Below, in pieces: positions 52,469 through 60,962 of a stretch of 60,962 nt of DNA. Where the stretch lies: assembly GCA_035273665.1 (NCBI GenBank), contig DATEOW010000006.1, positions 126,318 to 187,279 on the forward strand, given 5' to 3'. A program made the position numbers and the translations under genes. Positions within the stretch are counted from its first letter, which is position 1; every line of letters starts with the position of its first letter. Under the pieces are notes generated by a model. That model saw only the letters and a list, made by a program, of their open reading frames with translations, did no database searches and was not told where the DNA came from. The stretch comes from Burkholderiales bacterium. Its GTDB lineage: Bacteria; Pseudomonadota; Gammaproteobacteria; Burkholderiales; SG8-39.

Positions 52469-54124
52469 ATGGACACCCGACGCCTGATTCTGCTGATCGT
52501 TTTTTCCTTTTCCATCCTCATGCTGTGGGAGGCGTGGAATCGTCCGATTGCCACACCCGCAGAGACGACCCGGCAGCGTGACGATGTGCCCGCCGCAACC
52601 GTTGTTCCGGGGACGGCAGCGCCGACGGCCGCAGGCGCCGTACCGCCAGGCGCTCAGAGCGTCGAGACGTCTAGACAGCTCATTGAGGTTCGCACGGATG
52701 TCATGCACGCACGGATCGATCCTTTGGGCGGCAGCATTGTTGAACTCGACCTCATCGGCCACCCGGACATCGTCGATCGTTCCCAATCCTTTGTCCTATT
52801 AGGGGTGCATCGAGCCTCGGCTCAGAGCGGATTGATTCGCACCGACACGGCCGGCCCCGCATTGCCGAATCACAAGAGCTTGTTCACCGCCCCCGAGTCT
52901 CGCTATCAGTTGGCCGACGGTCAAGACAGCGTGAGCGTCCAGCTCGAAGCCAGCAGTGCCGACGGGGTGAAGTTCGTAAAGACATTCATCTTTCGTCGCG
53001 GCGATTACCAAATCGACGTTCGGCACGAGATGATTAACGGCAGTGCTCAGCCGGTTACCGCGCAGAGCTATTTTCACTTAGTACGCGACGGCCAAGAGCC
53101 GGAGGGCAGCATGATGATGGCCCCGACCTTCACGGGGCCGGCCGTATACACCGAAGCGGATCATTATAAAAAAATCCCTTTCGGCGATATCGATAAAAAC
53201 AAAGCGAAGTATCCGGAGCAAGCCGACAACGGCTGGATTGCAATGGTGCAGCACTACTTCGTCGCAGCCTGGACACCACCGGATCAGGTTTCACGGAGCT
53301 ACTATGTCGAGAAGCTCGATGAGGGTCTGTATCGCGCCGGCCTCAAACTGCCGATGCCGCAAGCGGCGCCCGGGCAGAGCGTTGCCGTAGAAGTTCCGCT
53401 TTACGCCGGTCCCCAGGAACAGGAGCGGTTGAGGGAAATCAGCCCCGAACTCGATGTGGTCGTCGACTACGGTTGGCTCAAAGTCATTGCGAAGCCCCTA
53501 TTCGAGATTCTCAAATTCCTACACGGCTTGTTGGGAAATTGGGGTCTCGCGATTATTGCGCTGACCGTTCTAATCAAGATCGTGTTCTTTCCGCTTTCTG
53601 CGGCGAGTTATAAATCGATGGCCAAGATGCGCGTCGTCGCGCCGCGTTTGCAAAAGTTGAAAGAGCAATACGGCGACGATCGCGCGAAAATGAATCAAGC
53701 GATGATGGAGCTTTACAAGACGGAGAAAATCAATCCGCTCGGCGGCTGCTTGCCGGTGCTGGTGCAAATCCCGGTTTTCATCGCGCTGTACTGGGTCTTA
53801 TTGAGCAGCGTTGAGTTGCGGCAGGCGCCCTTTTACGGTTGGATCAAAGATTTAAGCTTGCAGGATCCGCTGTATATCTTGCCTGCCCTGATGATGGTTT
53901 CCATGTTCATCCAGACGAAGTTGAACCCCACGCCGCCGGATCCGGTGCAGGCGAAGGTCATGATGATCATGCCCTTCGCTTTCGGGATCATGTTTTTCTT
54001 CTTCCCGGCCGGTCTCGTGCTCTATTGGTTGGTCAATAATATTCTGTCGATCGCCCAGCAATGGCAGATCACACGGATGATCGAAGCGAGTCAGGGTAAG
54101 CCAGAGGCGAGTGCGAAACGTTGA
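52469..54124 (+). CDS. yidC: Membrane protein insertase YidC
   Basis: [21 protein letters not shown]-terminal TM, large periplasmic domain, conserved C-terminal core ([16 protein letters not shown]). The ORF-track TTG 52460 is an alternative start. Confidence 0.95.
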   Translation: MDTRRLILLIVFSFSILMLWEAWNRPIATPAETTRQRDDVPAATVVPGTAAPTAAGAVPPGAQSVETSRQLIEVRTDVMHARIDPLGGSIVELDLIGHPDIVDRSQSFVLLGVHRASAQSGLIRTDTAGPALPNHKSLFTAPESRYQLADGQDSVSVQLEASSADGVKFVKTFIFRRGDYQIDVRHEMINGSAQPVTAQSYFHLVRDGQEPEGSMMMAPTFTGPAVYTEADHYKKIPFGDIDKNKAKYPEQADNGWIAMVQHYFVAAWTPPDQVSRSYYVEKLDEGLYRAGLKLPMPQAAPGQSVAVEVPLYAGPQEQERLREISPELDVVVDYGWLKVIAKPLFEILKFLHGLLGNWGLAIIALTVLIKIVFFPLSAASYKSMAKMRVVAPRLQKLKEQYGDDRAKMNQAMMELYKTEKINPLGGCLPVLVQIPVFIALYWVLLSSVELRQAPFYGWIKDLSLQDPLYILPALMMVSMFIQTKLNPTPPDPVQAKVMMIMPFAFGIMFFFFPAGLVLYWLVNNILSIAQQWQITRMIEASQGKPEASAKR

Positions 54125-55454
54125 CAGAGACTGCATTGCCGCCATCGCCACCGCGCCAGGTCGCGCCGGGGTCGGGGTCGTTCGCGTCTCCGGGAACAAG
54201 CTTGATGCCTTTGCGCGCGCGCTAACGCATAAAATCCCGACCCCGCGCCACGCGACCTACGTTAGCTTTTACGATCAGAGCGACCAGACGATCGATGAAG
54301 GCTTGCTCATTTATTTCCCGGCGCCGCATTCCTACACAGGCGAAGATGTGCTCGAACTACAGGCGCACGGCAGCCCTGTCGTTTTGCAAATGTTGCTTCG
54401 CCGTTGCCTCGCGCTGGGGGCGCGTCTTGCTGAGCCCGGTGAATTCACGCGTCGCGCTTATCTCAACGACAAACTCGATCTTGCTCAAGCGGAGGCGGTA
54501 GCCGATCTCATCGACGCATCCACGGAAAGCGCCGCTCGAGGCGCCGTGAGGAGTTTGTGCGGCGAATTTTCTGCAGTCGTTCAAGCGCTCGTTCAGCGGC
54601 TGATTGAATTGCGCATGCTGGTCGAGGCGGGACTGGATTTTCCGGAGGAGGAAATCGAGTCGGCGCATCGCGTCGATCTGCGGGAACGCCTGAACCAAAT
54701 CGAAACGGCGCTGCAGCGTGCTTTAGCGGCGGCCATACAGGGCAGCTTGCTGCGTAGCGGCTTATCCGTCGTGCTGGCCGGTCAACCGAATGTCGGGAAG
54801 TCGAGCCTGCTAAACCGACTGGCCGGGGAAGATCTCGCAATCGTGACGGCGCTTCCGGGTACGACTCGCGATACGGTGCGGCAATCGATTCAAATCGAGG
54901 GGGTGCCACTTCACCTAGTCGACACCGCCGGGATTCGCGAGTCGAACGATGAGGTCGAGCAGATCGGTATCGCTCGAACCTGGAGTGAAATCGAGCGCTG
55001 CGATCTTTTGCTTCTTATTGTGGATGAAACCAAGGATGAGGGCCCGGAGGATGCGGTATCCGCCCGAATACCGCCTAAGACCAAACGAATTGTTGGACAT
55101 AACAAGATCGACCTCGTTGGAACGGCTGCATGCGTCGAGCAGATCGGCGAGGTGACGCACGTTTATTTTTCAGCGAAAACGGGTGAGGGCATCGAGGGAT
55201 TGCGCGAGGCGCTCTTGCAGAGTGCCGGGTGGCGCGAGGGCGTTGAAGATGTTTTCATCGCACGTGAGCGGCATCTGATCGCATTGCGCCGCGCCGCTGA
55301 ATATTTGAAGGCCGCTGCCGCCGCCAATACGATGATGGAGCTGTTCGCAGAGGAATTGCGCGGCGCACAACAAGCGCTGAACGAAATTACGGGCCATTTC
55401 GATGCGGACGATCTGCTTGGGGAAATTTTTTCGCGCTTCTGTATCGGCAAGTGA
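54111..55454 (+). CDS. mnmE: tRNA uridine-5-carboxymethylaminomethyl modification GTPase MnmE
   Basis: 447 aa. [21 protein letters not shown]-domain [13 protein letters not shown]-terminal FCIGK. GTG start overlaps yidC by 14 nt. Confidence 0.95.
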   Translation: MRNVDRDCIAAIATAPGRAGVGVVRVSGNKLDAFARALTHKIPTPRHATYVSFYDQSDQTIDEGLLIYFPAPHSYTGEDVLELQAHGSPVVLQMLLRRCLALGARLAEPGEFTRRAYLNDKLDLAQAEAVADLIDASTESAARGAVRSLCGEFSAVVQALVQRLIELRMLVEAGLDFPEEEIESAHRVDLRERLNQIETALQRALAAAIQGSLLRSGLSVVLAGQPNVGKSSLLNRLAGEDLAIVTALPGTTRDTVRQSIQIEGVPLHLVDTAGIRESNDEVEQIGIARTWSEIERCDLLLLIVDETKDEGPEDAVSARIPPKTKRIVGHNKIDLVGTAACVEQIGEVTHVYFSAKTGEGIEGLREALLQSAGWREGVEDVFIARERHLIALRRAAEYLKAAAAANTMMELFAEELRGAQQALNEITGHFDADDLLGEIFSRFCIGK

Positions 55455-55479
55455 TTGATTATACGAAGAAATAATCCAC

Positions 55480-55493
55480 GTTTCACGTGAAAC
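55480..55493. repeat. 14-bp perfect palindrome in mnmE-mnmG spacer
   Basis: GTTTCACGTGAAAC (CACGTG core). A DnaA-box-like TAATCCACG lies immediately upstream at 55472-55480, sharing its last base with the palindrome. Confidence 0.8.
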
Positions 55494-55562
55494 CATCAAA
55501 CGCTAGAAATGGCTTGATGTGATTTTTGGGCGTATCATCGCCCCCTTCAGGATTTAAGCCCC

Positions 55563-57455
55563 ATGCAATTTCCCCAATCTTTCGACGTCATCGTCATCGG
55601 CGGCGGCCATGCCGGAACAGAGGCGGCATTGGCGGCTGCACGCAGCGGGAGCCGCACGCTGTTGCTTACTCATAGCATCGAAACACTGGGAGCGATGTCC
55701 TGTAACCCGTCCATCGGGGGGATCGGCAAAGGCCATCTCGTCAAGGAAGTGGACGCGCTGGGCGGCGCGATGGCGCTGGCGACCGATGAAGCGGGAATTC
55801 AGTTTCGGACGCTCAACGCGAGCAAGGGACCCGCTGTACGGGCGACTCGGGCCCAAGCAGATCGCCTCCTCTATAAACAGGCGATCCGGAGTCGCCTCGA
55901 AAACCAGCCGAACCTGACGCTCTTCCAGCAAGCGGTAGAGGACTTGTTGATCGAGGGGAACACAGTCAGCGGTGTCGTCACGCAGATTGGCCTACGATTT
56001 CGGGCGCCGGCGGTTGTGCTCACCGCCGGGACCTTCCTCGCTGGGCTGGTCCACGTCGGGTTAAAGAATTACCAGGCGGGCCGAGCGGGTGATCCGCCGG
56101 CCAACAGCTTGGCGGCACGTTTGCGCGAACTGAAACTGCCCGTCGGTCGATTGAAGACCGGAACGCCACCCCGTTTGGATGGGCGGACGATCGACTTCAC
56201 GGTGATGACGGAACAGCCGGGCGATGATCCGTTGCCGGTGTTCTCTTTCCGCGGCAGTTCGGATATGCATCCGCAACAGCGATCGTGCTGGATCACGCAC
56301 ACCAATGAGCGGACGCACGACATCATTCGCGCCGGGCTGGATCGTTCGCCCATGTACACGGGTGTGATCGAGGGCGTCGGTCCCCGTTATTGCCCCTCGA
56401 TCGAAGACAAGATTCATCGTTTCGCCCACAAAAGCAGCCATCAGATCTTCCTGGAGCCTGAAGGTCTCAAGACGCACGAGATCTACCCAAACGGCGTTTC
56501 GACCAGCTTGCCCTTCGACGTCCAACTTGAGCTAGTTCGGTCCATCAAAGGTTTGGAGCGCGCGCACATCCTGCGACCCGGCTACGCCATCGAATACGAT
56601 TACTTTGATCCGCGGGGCCTGAAAACCTCCTTGGAGACCAAGGCGATAAGCGGTTTGTTCTTTGCCGGCCAGATTAACGGGACAACCGGATACGAAGAAG
56701 CCGCCGCTCAAGGACTACTCGCAGGGATCAATGCCTCTCTGCAAGTGCAGTCACAGGACAGTTGGTGCCCTCGGCGTGACGAGGCTTATCTCGGGGTCTT
56801 GGTCGACGATTTGATTACTCGGGGTGTGTCTGAACCCTATCGTATGTTCACCAGCCGGGCCGAATACCGCCTGATGCTGCGCGAAGACAATGCGGATTTA
56901 CGCCTTACGGAAACGGGTCGCCGGCTCGGCTTGATCGGGGATGCTCATTGGGACGCGTTTTCACGCAAGCGGGAAGCGGTCGAACAGGAGCGACAACGCC
57001 TTGGTTCCACGTGGATCAACCCGCGCTTACTCAGTCCCGATGAAAGCGAACGCGTATTCGGGAAAATGCTGGAGCGTGAATACACGCTACTGGACTTGCT
57101 TCGCCGCCCGAACGTGAGCTATGCGAGCTTACATTCCCTGGCTTGTGCAGGAGCAGGCGCGGCTGATCCCACCGTGTCCGAGCAAGTCGAAATTCAAGCC
57201 AAGTATCAAGGCTACATCGATCGACAACAGGAGGAGATCGAGCGTCAGGCCGCCCTGGAGGATCGCGCCCTCCCCCTCGATTTTGACTATGCGACGGTAC
57301 GCGGGCTTTCTATCGAAGTGCAGCAGAAGTTGAATGCTCACAAACCGCAAAGCATCGGGCAAGCCGCGCGAGTTCAGGGGGTAACCCCAGCGGCAATTTC
57401 TCTCTTGATAGTCCACTTGAAACGCCACGCTCTCGACCGCCGAAGTGCAGCATGA
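55563..57455 (+). CDS. mnmG: tRNA uridine-5-carboxymethylaminomethyl modification enzyme MnmG
   Basis: 630 aa. FAD motif [31 protein letters not shown]. Confidence 0.97.
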   Translation: MQFPQSFDVIVIGGGHAGTEAALAAARSGSRTLLLTHSIETLGAMSCNPSIGGIGKGHLVKEVDALGGAMALATDEAGIQFRTLNASKGPAVRATRAQADRLLYKQAIRSRLENQPNLTLFQQAVEDLLIEGNTVSGVVTQIGLRFRAPAVVLTAGTFLAGLVHVGLKNYQAGRAGDPPANSLAARLRELKLPVGRLKTGTPPRLDGRTIDFTVMTEQPGDDPLPVFSFRGSSDMHPQQRSCWITHTNERTHDIIRAGLDRSPMYTGVIEGVGPRYCPSIEDKIHRFAHKSSHQIFLEPEGLKTHEIYPNGVSTSLPFDVQLELVRSIKGLERAHILRPGYAIEYDYFDPRGLKTSLETKAISGLFFAGQINGTTGYEEAAAQGLLAGINASLQVQSQDSWCPRRDEAYLGVLVDDLITRGVSEPYRMFTSRAEYRLMLREDNADLRLTETGRRLGLIGDAHWDAFSRKREAVEQERQRLGSTWINPRLLSPDESERVFGKMLEREYTLLDLLRRPNVSYASLHSLACAGAGAADPTVSEQVEIQAKYQGYIDRQQEEIERQAALEDRALPLDFDYATVRGLSIEVQQKLNAHKPQSIGQAARVQGVTPAAISLLIVHLKRHALDRRSAA

Positions 57456-58075
57456 CGCTGTCTGAGCAATTGCATGCCGGCGTGAAAGACTTGGGGCTAA
57501 AGCTGGACGAGGACCAGCGCCAACGGCTTCTTAAGTACTTGGCGTTGATGAGTAAATGGAACCAGGTCCACAACTTGACTGCCATTCGGAACCCAGCGGA
57601 CATGGTCAGCCACCATTTGTTAGACAGCTTGGCTGTCGTCCCTTATGTGGAGGATGGACCGCTGCTCGACGTCGGGAGCGGCGCTGGCCTTCCCGGTATT
57701 CCGCTCGCCATTGCCAAGCCCACGCAAGCGATCACGACGCTGGATAGCAATGACAAGAAGTGCGCTTTTATGAGACAAGCTGTGGCAGAACTCAACATTA
57801 TGAATGTGAGCGTTTGCTTTCACCGAGTGGAAGACTGGAAGCCGAGTAACACTTTCGCCCAGGTCGTGTCCCGCGCTTTCTCTGAATTAAGCAACTTCGT
57901 CAAAAGCTGTGCTCACCTGCTGTCGCCCGGGGGCCATCTGCTCGCGATGAAGGGTCAGTTGCCGCGCGACGAAATTGCGCGCCTGCCTACGAATTTCGAA
58001 GTGAAACGGATCGAGCCCTTAGAAGTGCCAGGCCTCGACGCGGAGAGACATCTACTGTGGATAGCGGCCAAATGA
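57452..58075 (+). CDS. rsmG: 16S rRNA (guanine527-N7)-methyltransferase
   Basis: 207 aa. [20 protein letters not shown] motif. ATGA overlap with mnmG. Confidence 0.94.
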   Translation: MTLSEQLHAGVKDLGLKLDEDQRQRLLKYLALMSKWNQVHNLTAIRNPADMVSHHLLDSLAVVPYVEDGPLLDVGSGAGLPGIPLAIAKPTQAITTLDSNDKKCAFMRQAVAELNIMNVSVCFHRVEDWKPSNTFAQVVSRAFSELSNFVKSCAHLLSPGGHLLAMKGQLPRDEIARLPTNFEVKRIEPLEVPGLDAERHLLWIAAK

Positions 58076-58860
58076 GCAAGACGCTGGTAATTACGAATCA
58101 AAAAGGCGGCGTGGGAAAGACAACGACCAGCGTGAATTTGGCCGCAGGCTTGGCCGAGTCAGGCAAGCGGGTCTTGCTGGTCGACCTGGATCCGCAGGCC
58201 AACGCCACCATGGGAAGCGGAATCGACAAGCGAACGCTTGAGCGCACTGTGTATCACGTGCTCTTGGGCTTGGCCGGCGCTGAAGAAGTACGCGTGCGCA
58301 GCGAGTCCGGCGGTTTTGATGTATTGCCCTCCAACCGCGATCTCGCCGGCGCAGAGGTGGAAATGGTGGCTTTGCCACATCGCGAATTGCGCCTGAAACG
58401 TGCCTTGGCTGAAGTGGCGTCCCAGTACGATTTCATTCTCATCGATTGCCCGCCCGCATTGAGCTTGCTCACCTTGAACGGCCTTGTCGCCGGCGACAGC
58501 GTGATGATTCCCATGCAATGCGAGTATTACGCGCTGGAAGGATTGTCGGACTTGGTCAACACCATCAAAAAAGTGCGTGCCAACCTCAACCCAAAAATCG
58601 AGATCGAAGGCTTGCTACGGACGATGTTCGATCCGCGCAACATGCTTGCCCAACAGGTATCCGCCCAGCTACAGCAGCACTTCGGCGACAAGGTGTATTC
58701 GACCGTAATTCCTCGAAATGTAAGGCTCGCCGAGGCGCCCAGTTACGGCACGCCCGTCATCCAGTTCGATCGCGCCTGTAAAGGGGCGCAAGCGTACGTC
58801 GCGCTTGCGCAGGAAATTCTGCAACGGACGCCGCGGGGCGCCGCGATGGCGACGTCCTAG
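58072..58860 (+). CDS. parA: Chromosome partitioning ATPase ParA (Soj)
   Basis: [24 protein letters not shown] (deviant Walker A) starts at ATG 58072, overlapping the rsmG stop. Confidence 0.95.
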   Translation: MSKTLVITNQKGGVGKTTTSVNLAAGLAESGKRVLLVDLDPQANATMGSGIDKRTLERTVYHVLLGLAGAEEVRVRSESGGFDVLPSNRDLAGAEVEMVALPHRELRLKRALAEVASQYDFILIDCPPALSLLTLNGLVAGDSVMIPMQCEYYALEGLSDLVNTIKKVRANLNPKIEIEGLLRTMFDPRNMLAQQVSAQLQQHFGDKVYSTVIPRNVRLAEAPSYGTPVIQFDRACKGAQAYVALAQEILQRTPRGAAMATS

Positions 58861-58870
58861 AGGAGCAAAA

Positions 58871-59734
58871 GTGAATAAAGCAAAAGGACTCGGACGCGGC
58901 TTGGCCGCGCTCTTGGATCAAGACGGCATGGATCGGCCCGCGGCGAAGGACTCGGCGAGTGTGCTCGCTATCGATTCCCTTCAGCCGGGCAAATACCAGC
59001 CCCGCACGCGCATGGACCAACGGTCACTGGAGGAACTAGCCGCGTCGATCAAAGCGCAAGGGCTGATTCAGCCGATTCTCGTTCGCCGCATCGGCGGCGA
59101 ACGTTATGAAATCATCGCTGGTGAAAGACGTTGGCGCGCCTCGCGTATTGCGGGACTCAGCGAGGTACCGGTTGTCATTCGAGAGGTGCCAGACCAAGCG
59201 GCATTGGCCATGGCCCTCATTGAAAATATCCAGCGAGAGGATTTGAACCCACTGGAAGAAGCACAAGGCATTCACCGCCTAATCGAAGAATTCAAGATCA
59301 CCCATCAAGAAGCGGCAGAAGCCGTAGGCCGCTCGCGCGCCGGTACGACCAACTTATTGCGTTTGCTGAATCTCAGCAAGCAAGTGCAGCAACTCGTTTT
59401 CGAAGGCAAGCTGGATATGGGACATGCGCGAGCTTTGCTTGCCTTGGAAGGCCATCGCCAAGTCGAACTTGCCCAACGCGTGGCAGACGGTGGGCTATCT
59501 GTGCGCGAAACGGAACGACTGGTGCAGGAAACACTGCATCCGAAATTGGCCGCAGTGAAACCGAAGGCGCGCCTTAATCGCGACGTTCTCCGCCTGCAGG
59601 ACGAGATCGCCGAAAAGCTCGGCACCACCGTTCAGCTCAAGCCGGGAAAAAAGGGAAGCGGTAAATTGGTGATCGACTACATGAGTAACGACCACCTGGA
59701 TGACTTGCTGAAGCGCCTGCTACCGGCGGCTTAA
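58871..59734 (+). CDS. parB: Chromosome partitioning protein ParB (Spo0J)
   Basis: GTG 58871 preceded by AGGAG. KGLGRGLAALL N-terminus, GERRWRAS arginine patch, HTH ITHQEAAEAVGRSRAGTTNLLRLL. Confidence 0.94.
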   Translation: MNKAKGLGRGLAALLDQDGMDRPAAKDSASVLAIDSLQPGKYQPRTRMDQRSLEELAASIKAQGLIQPILVRRIGGERYEIIAGERRWRASRIAGLSEVPVVIREVPDQAALAMALIENIQREDLNPLEEAQGIHRLIEEFKITHQEAAEAVGRSRAGTTNLLRLLNLSKQVQQLVFEGKLDMGHARALLALEGHRQVELAQRVADGGLSVRETERLVQETLHPKLAAVKPKARLNRDVLRLQDEIAEKLGTTVQLKPGKKGSGKLVIDYMSNDHLDDLLKRLLPAA

Positions 59735-60108
59735 TGCGGCACGAAGTTCTCGTCGCCTTGCTGGTCCCGCTCGAAAACTAGAAAATTGTAGTAGCCGCAG
59801 TGCTTACCGGTCGGGTAGGTCCGACAAATTGTCGGCCGTGCTTCATAAGCGCCGCAACGGCGCTTATCCTGATCGAAGAAGGTACACATCGATTTGTAGA
59901 TGTGATCCTGCCGGTGCCGCATGCCCAACTCACCGTCGATGATTTTCGTATAGCGCTTTGCAGCCGATTCTTCGCTGATGCCGAAGTGACGCGCAATGCG
60001 CGCGAGGTCGCGCGCGGTGACGGGAATATGTTCGTAGGCACAGCACCAACCGGGACACTTCTCGCAGTTGTAATGCTTCTTGATGGAGATGATTTTTGAG
60101 GAAGGCAT
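59731..60108 (-). CDS. YkgJ-family (UPF0153) cysteine-cluster protein
   Basis: 125 aa. CEKCPGWCC plus CTFFDQDKRRCGAYEARPTICRTYP Cys pattern. Its stop shares the TTAA with the parB stop. Confidence 0.8.
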   Translation of the reverse strand: MPSSKIISIKKHYNCEKCPGWCCAYEHIPVTARDLARIARHFGISEESAAKRYTKIIDGELGMRHRQDHIYKSMCTFFDQDKRRCGAYEARPTICRTYPTGKHCGYYNFLVFERDQQGDENFVPH

Positions 60109-60241
60109 AAGCTGTTGTAGCGCAAAGACGGCCGAATACTACCCCGGCGCGCGTTACATATCCTTACAAATCGTTACCCCGGACACCCCGCGAGCGAGGC
60201 AAGCTTTCCTCACAGCACTTCCTCGGATTTTGGAGAGCATC

Positions 60242-60547
60242 ATGCGCAAATTAATTTTAGCCTTCGGCATCGCGAGTCTCGCACTCGCCGCGCCAGCGGC
60301 CATGGCAGGTGGCGGGCATCACCATCATCGCGGCGGTCATAACGATCTGGTTCCGTTCGCTGTCGGGGCGGTGGCGGGCATCGTCATCGGCCAAACCATG
60401 GGACAGCCTGTTTACGCTGCTCCCCCGCCGCCGGTTGTTGAATATCGTTACTACCAACCGCCGCCCCGAGTTATCCATCGCCACTACTATGAGCGGCCAA
60501 GGGTGTATCACCACTATCACCATAACCGCGATAGATACCGGTATTAG
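60242..60547 (+). CDS. Secreted His/Tyr/Pro/Arg-rich mini-protein of unknown function
   Basis: ATG 60242 gives signal peptide MRKLILAFGIASLALAAPAAMA, then GGGHHHHRGGH, a glycine-zipper-like hydrophobic stretch and a YRYYQPPPRVIHRHYYERPRVYHHYHHNRDRYRY tail. Confidence 0.6.
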   Translation: MRKLILAFGIASLALAAPAAMAGGGHHHHRGGHNDLVPFAVGAVAGIVIGQTMGQPVYAAPPPPVVEYRYYQPPPRVIHRHYYERPRVYHHYHHNRDRYRY

Positions 60548-60556
60548 CCGGAGGGT

Positions 60557-60962
60557 TCACTCAAGGTTCATTAAGAAACGCCGCTGGAAACTCAGCGGCG
60601 TTTCTATTTGAAAAGGCACTCGGCGCCGCATCCTCAGAAGCTGTTTGTCATCGGTGATCAAGAAAGAGGCGGTTCCGGCGGCCAAGGCTATAAATTTTTG
60701 GTCGTCCGGATCTCGGCAAAGCGGCAGGGCACCTGCTATCGCATCGCCACTTAAAACGTGGCCGTCGTAGAAGGCAAGGACTTGCTCCGGGTCCGTCCGC
60801 CCGACAAAGGCCGGATACTGTAAGACGCGCGCAAGCTCTTGTCGCACCGCATCATTCGAGAAAACCTGAATGCGCTGTTGACCCCAAGCGGCCTTCAAGC
60901 AATCAAAGCGCTCGTCCTCGAAAATCAATAGCGATACCAGCACGTTCGTGTCCAGCACAACG
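60557..60962 (-). CDS. PIN-domain toxin (5' end probably beyond window edge)
   Basis: LDTNVLVSLL acidic-residue motif at the very start of the visible ORF. DPDDQKFIALAA and LITDDKQLL motifs. The frame is still open at nt 60961. Confidence 0.75.
   Translation of the reverse strand, partial: VVLDTNVLVSLLIFEDERFDCLKAAWGQQRIQVFSNDAVRQELARVLQYPAFVGRTDPEQVLAFYDGHVLSGDAIAGALPLCRDPDDQKFIALAAGTASFLITDDKQLLRMRRRVPFQIETPLSFQRRFLMNLE
60575..60605. terminator. Strong hairpin, likely bidirectional terminator
   Basis: AGAAACGCCGCTG (60575-87), loop GAAACT, CAGCGGCGTTTCT (60593-605), A/T-rich on both flanks. Lies within the last codons of the PIN ORF. Confidence 0.6.

Overview
Summary: this is an origin-proximal core-chromosome segment of a moderately GC-rich proteobacterium (high-50s % G+C by eye). 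The gene order fits Betaproteobacteria best: gyrB<-dnaN<-dnaA without recF, diverging from rpmH->rnpA->yidD->yidC->mnmE->mnmG->rsmG->parA->parB; def-fmt-htpX-rsmB-DUF4390-ntrY-ntrX-trkA-trkH; LysM-dprA-smg-topoisomerase.

Content: I call 60 protein-coding genes, nearly all housekeeping. They include hemL, mscL, mgtE, mtgA, aroE, mpl, aroQ, accBC, prmA, tpx, apaH, comM, ubiK, glnK-amtB and metH. rpmH (44 aa) is missing from the ORF track. Packing is very tight, with many 1-14 nt overlaps between co-directional genes. Several long ORFs in the track are N-terminal over-extensions and have been trimmed. I also call a few intrinsic terminators, a sigma54 (-24/-12) promoter with an NtrC-type enhancer upstream of a porin-glnK-amtB operon, and one consensus DnaA box. 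I recognised no rRNA, tRNA, CRISPR array, IS element, transposase, integrase or phage gene.

Hunt result: I see no convincing evidence for a wholly new multi-gene system. This reads as an ordinary core region. The leads most worth a second look, all modest, are:
- the 198-nt AT-rich dnaA-dnaN spacer with phased DnaA-box-like repeats, a possible oriC/DUE part;
- a translationally coupled mpl / uncharacterised AAA+ ATPase / YqiA-esterase operon;
- an NtrX-type regulator whose AAA+ core is degenerate;
- a topoisomerase-III-like enzyme with a histone-H1-like lysine tail in the usual topA slot;
- a small non-core islet after parB (YkgJ-type Cys-cluster protein, a His/Tyr/Pro-rich secreted mini-protein, and a PIN toxin cut by the window edge).
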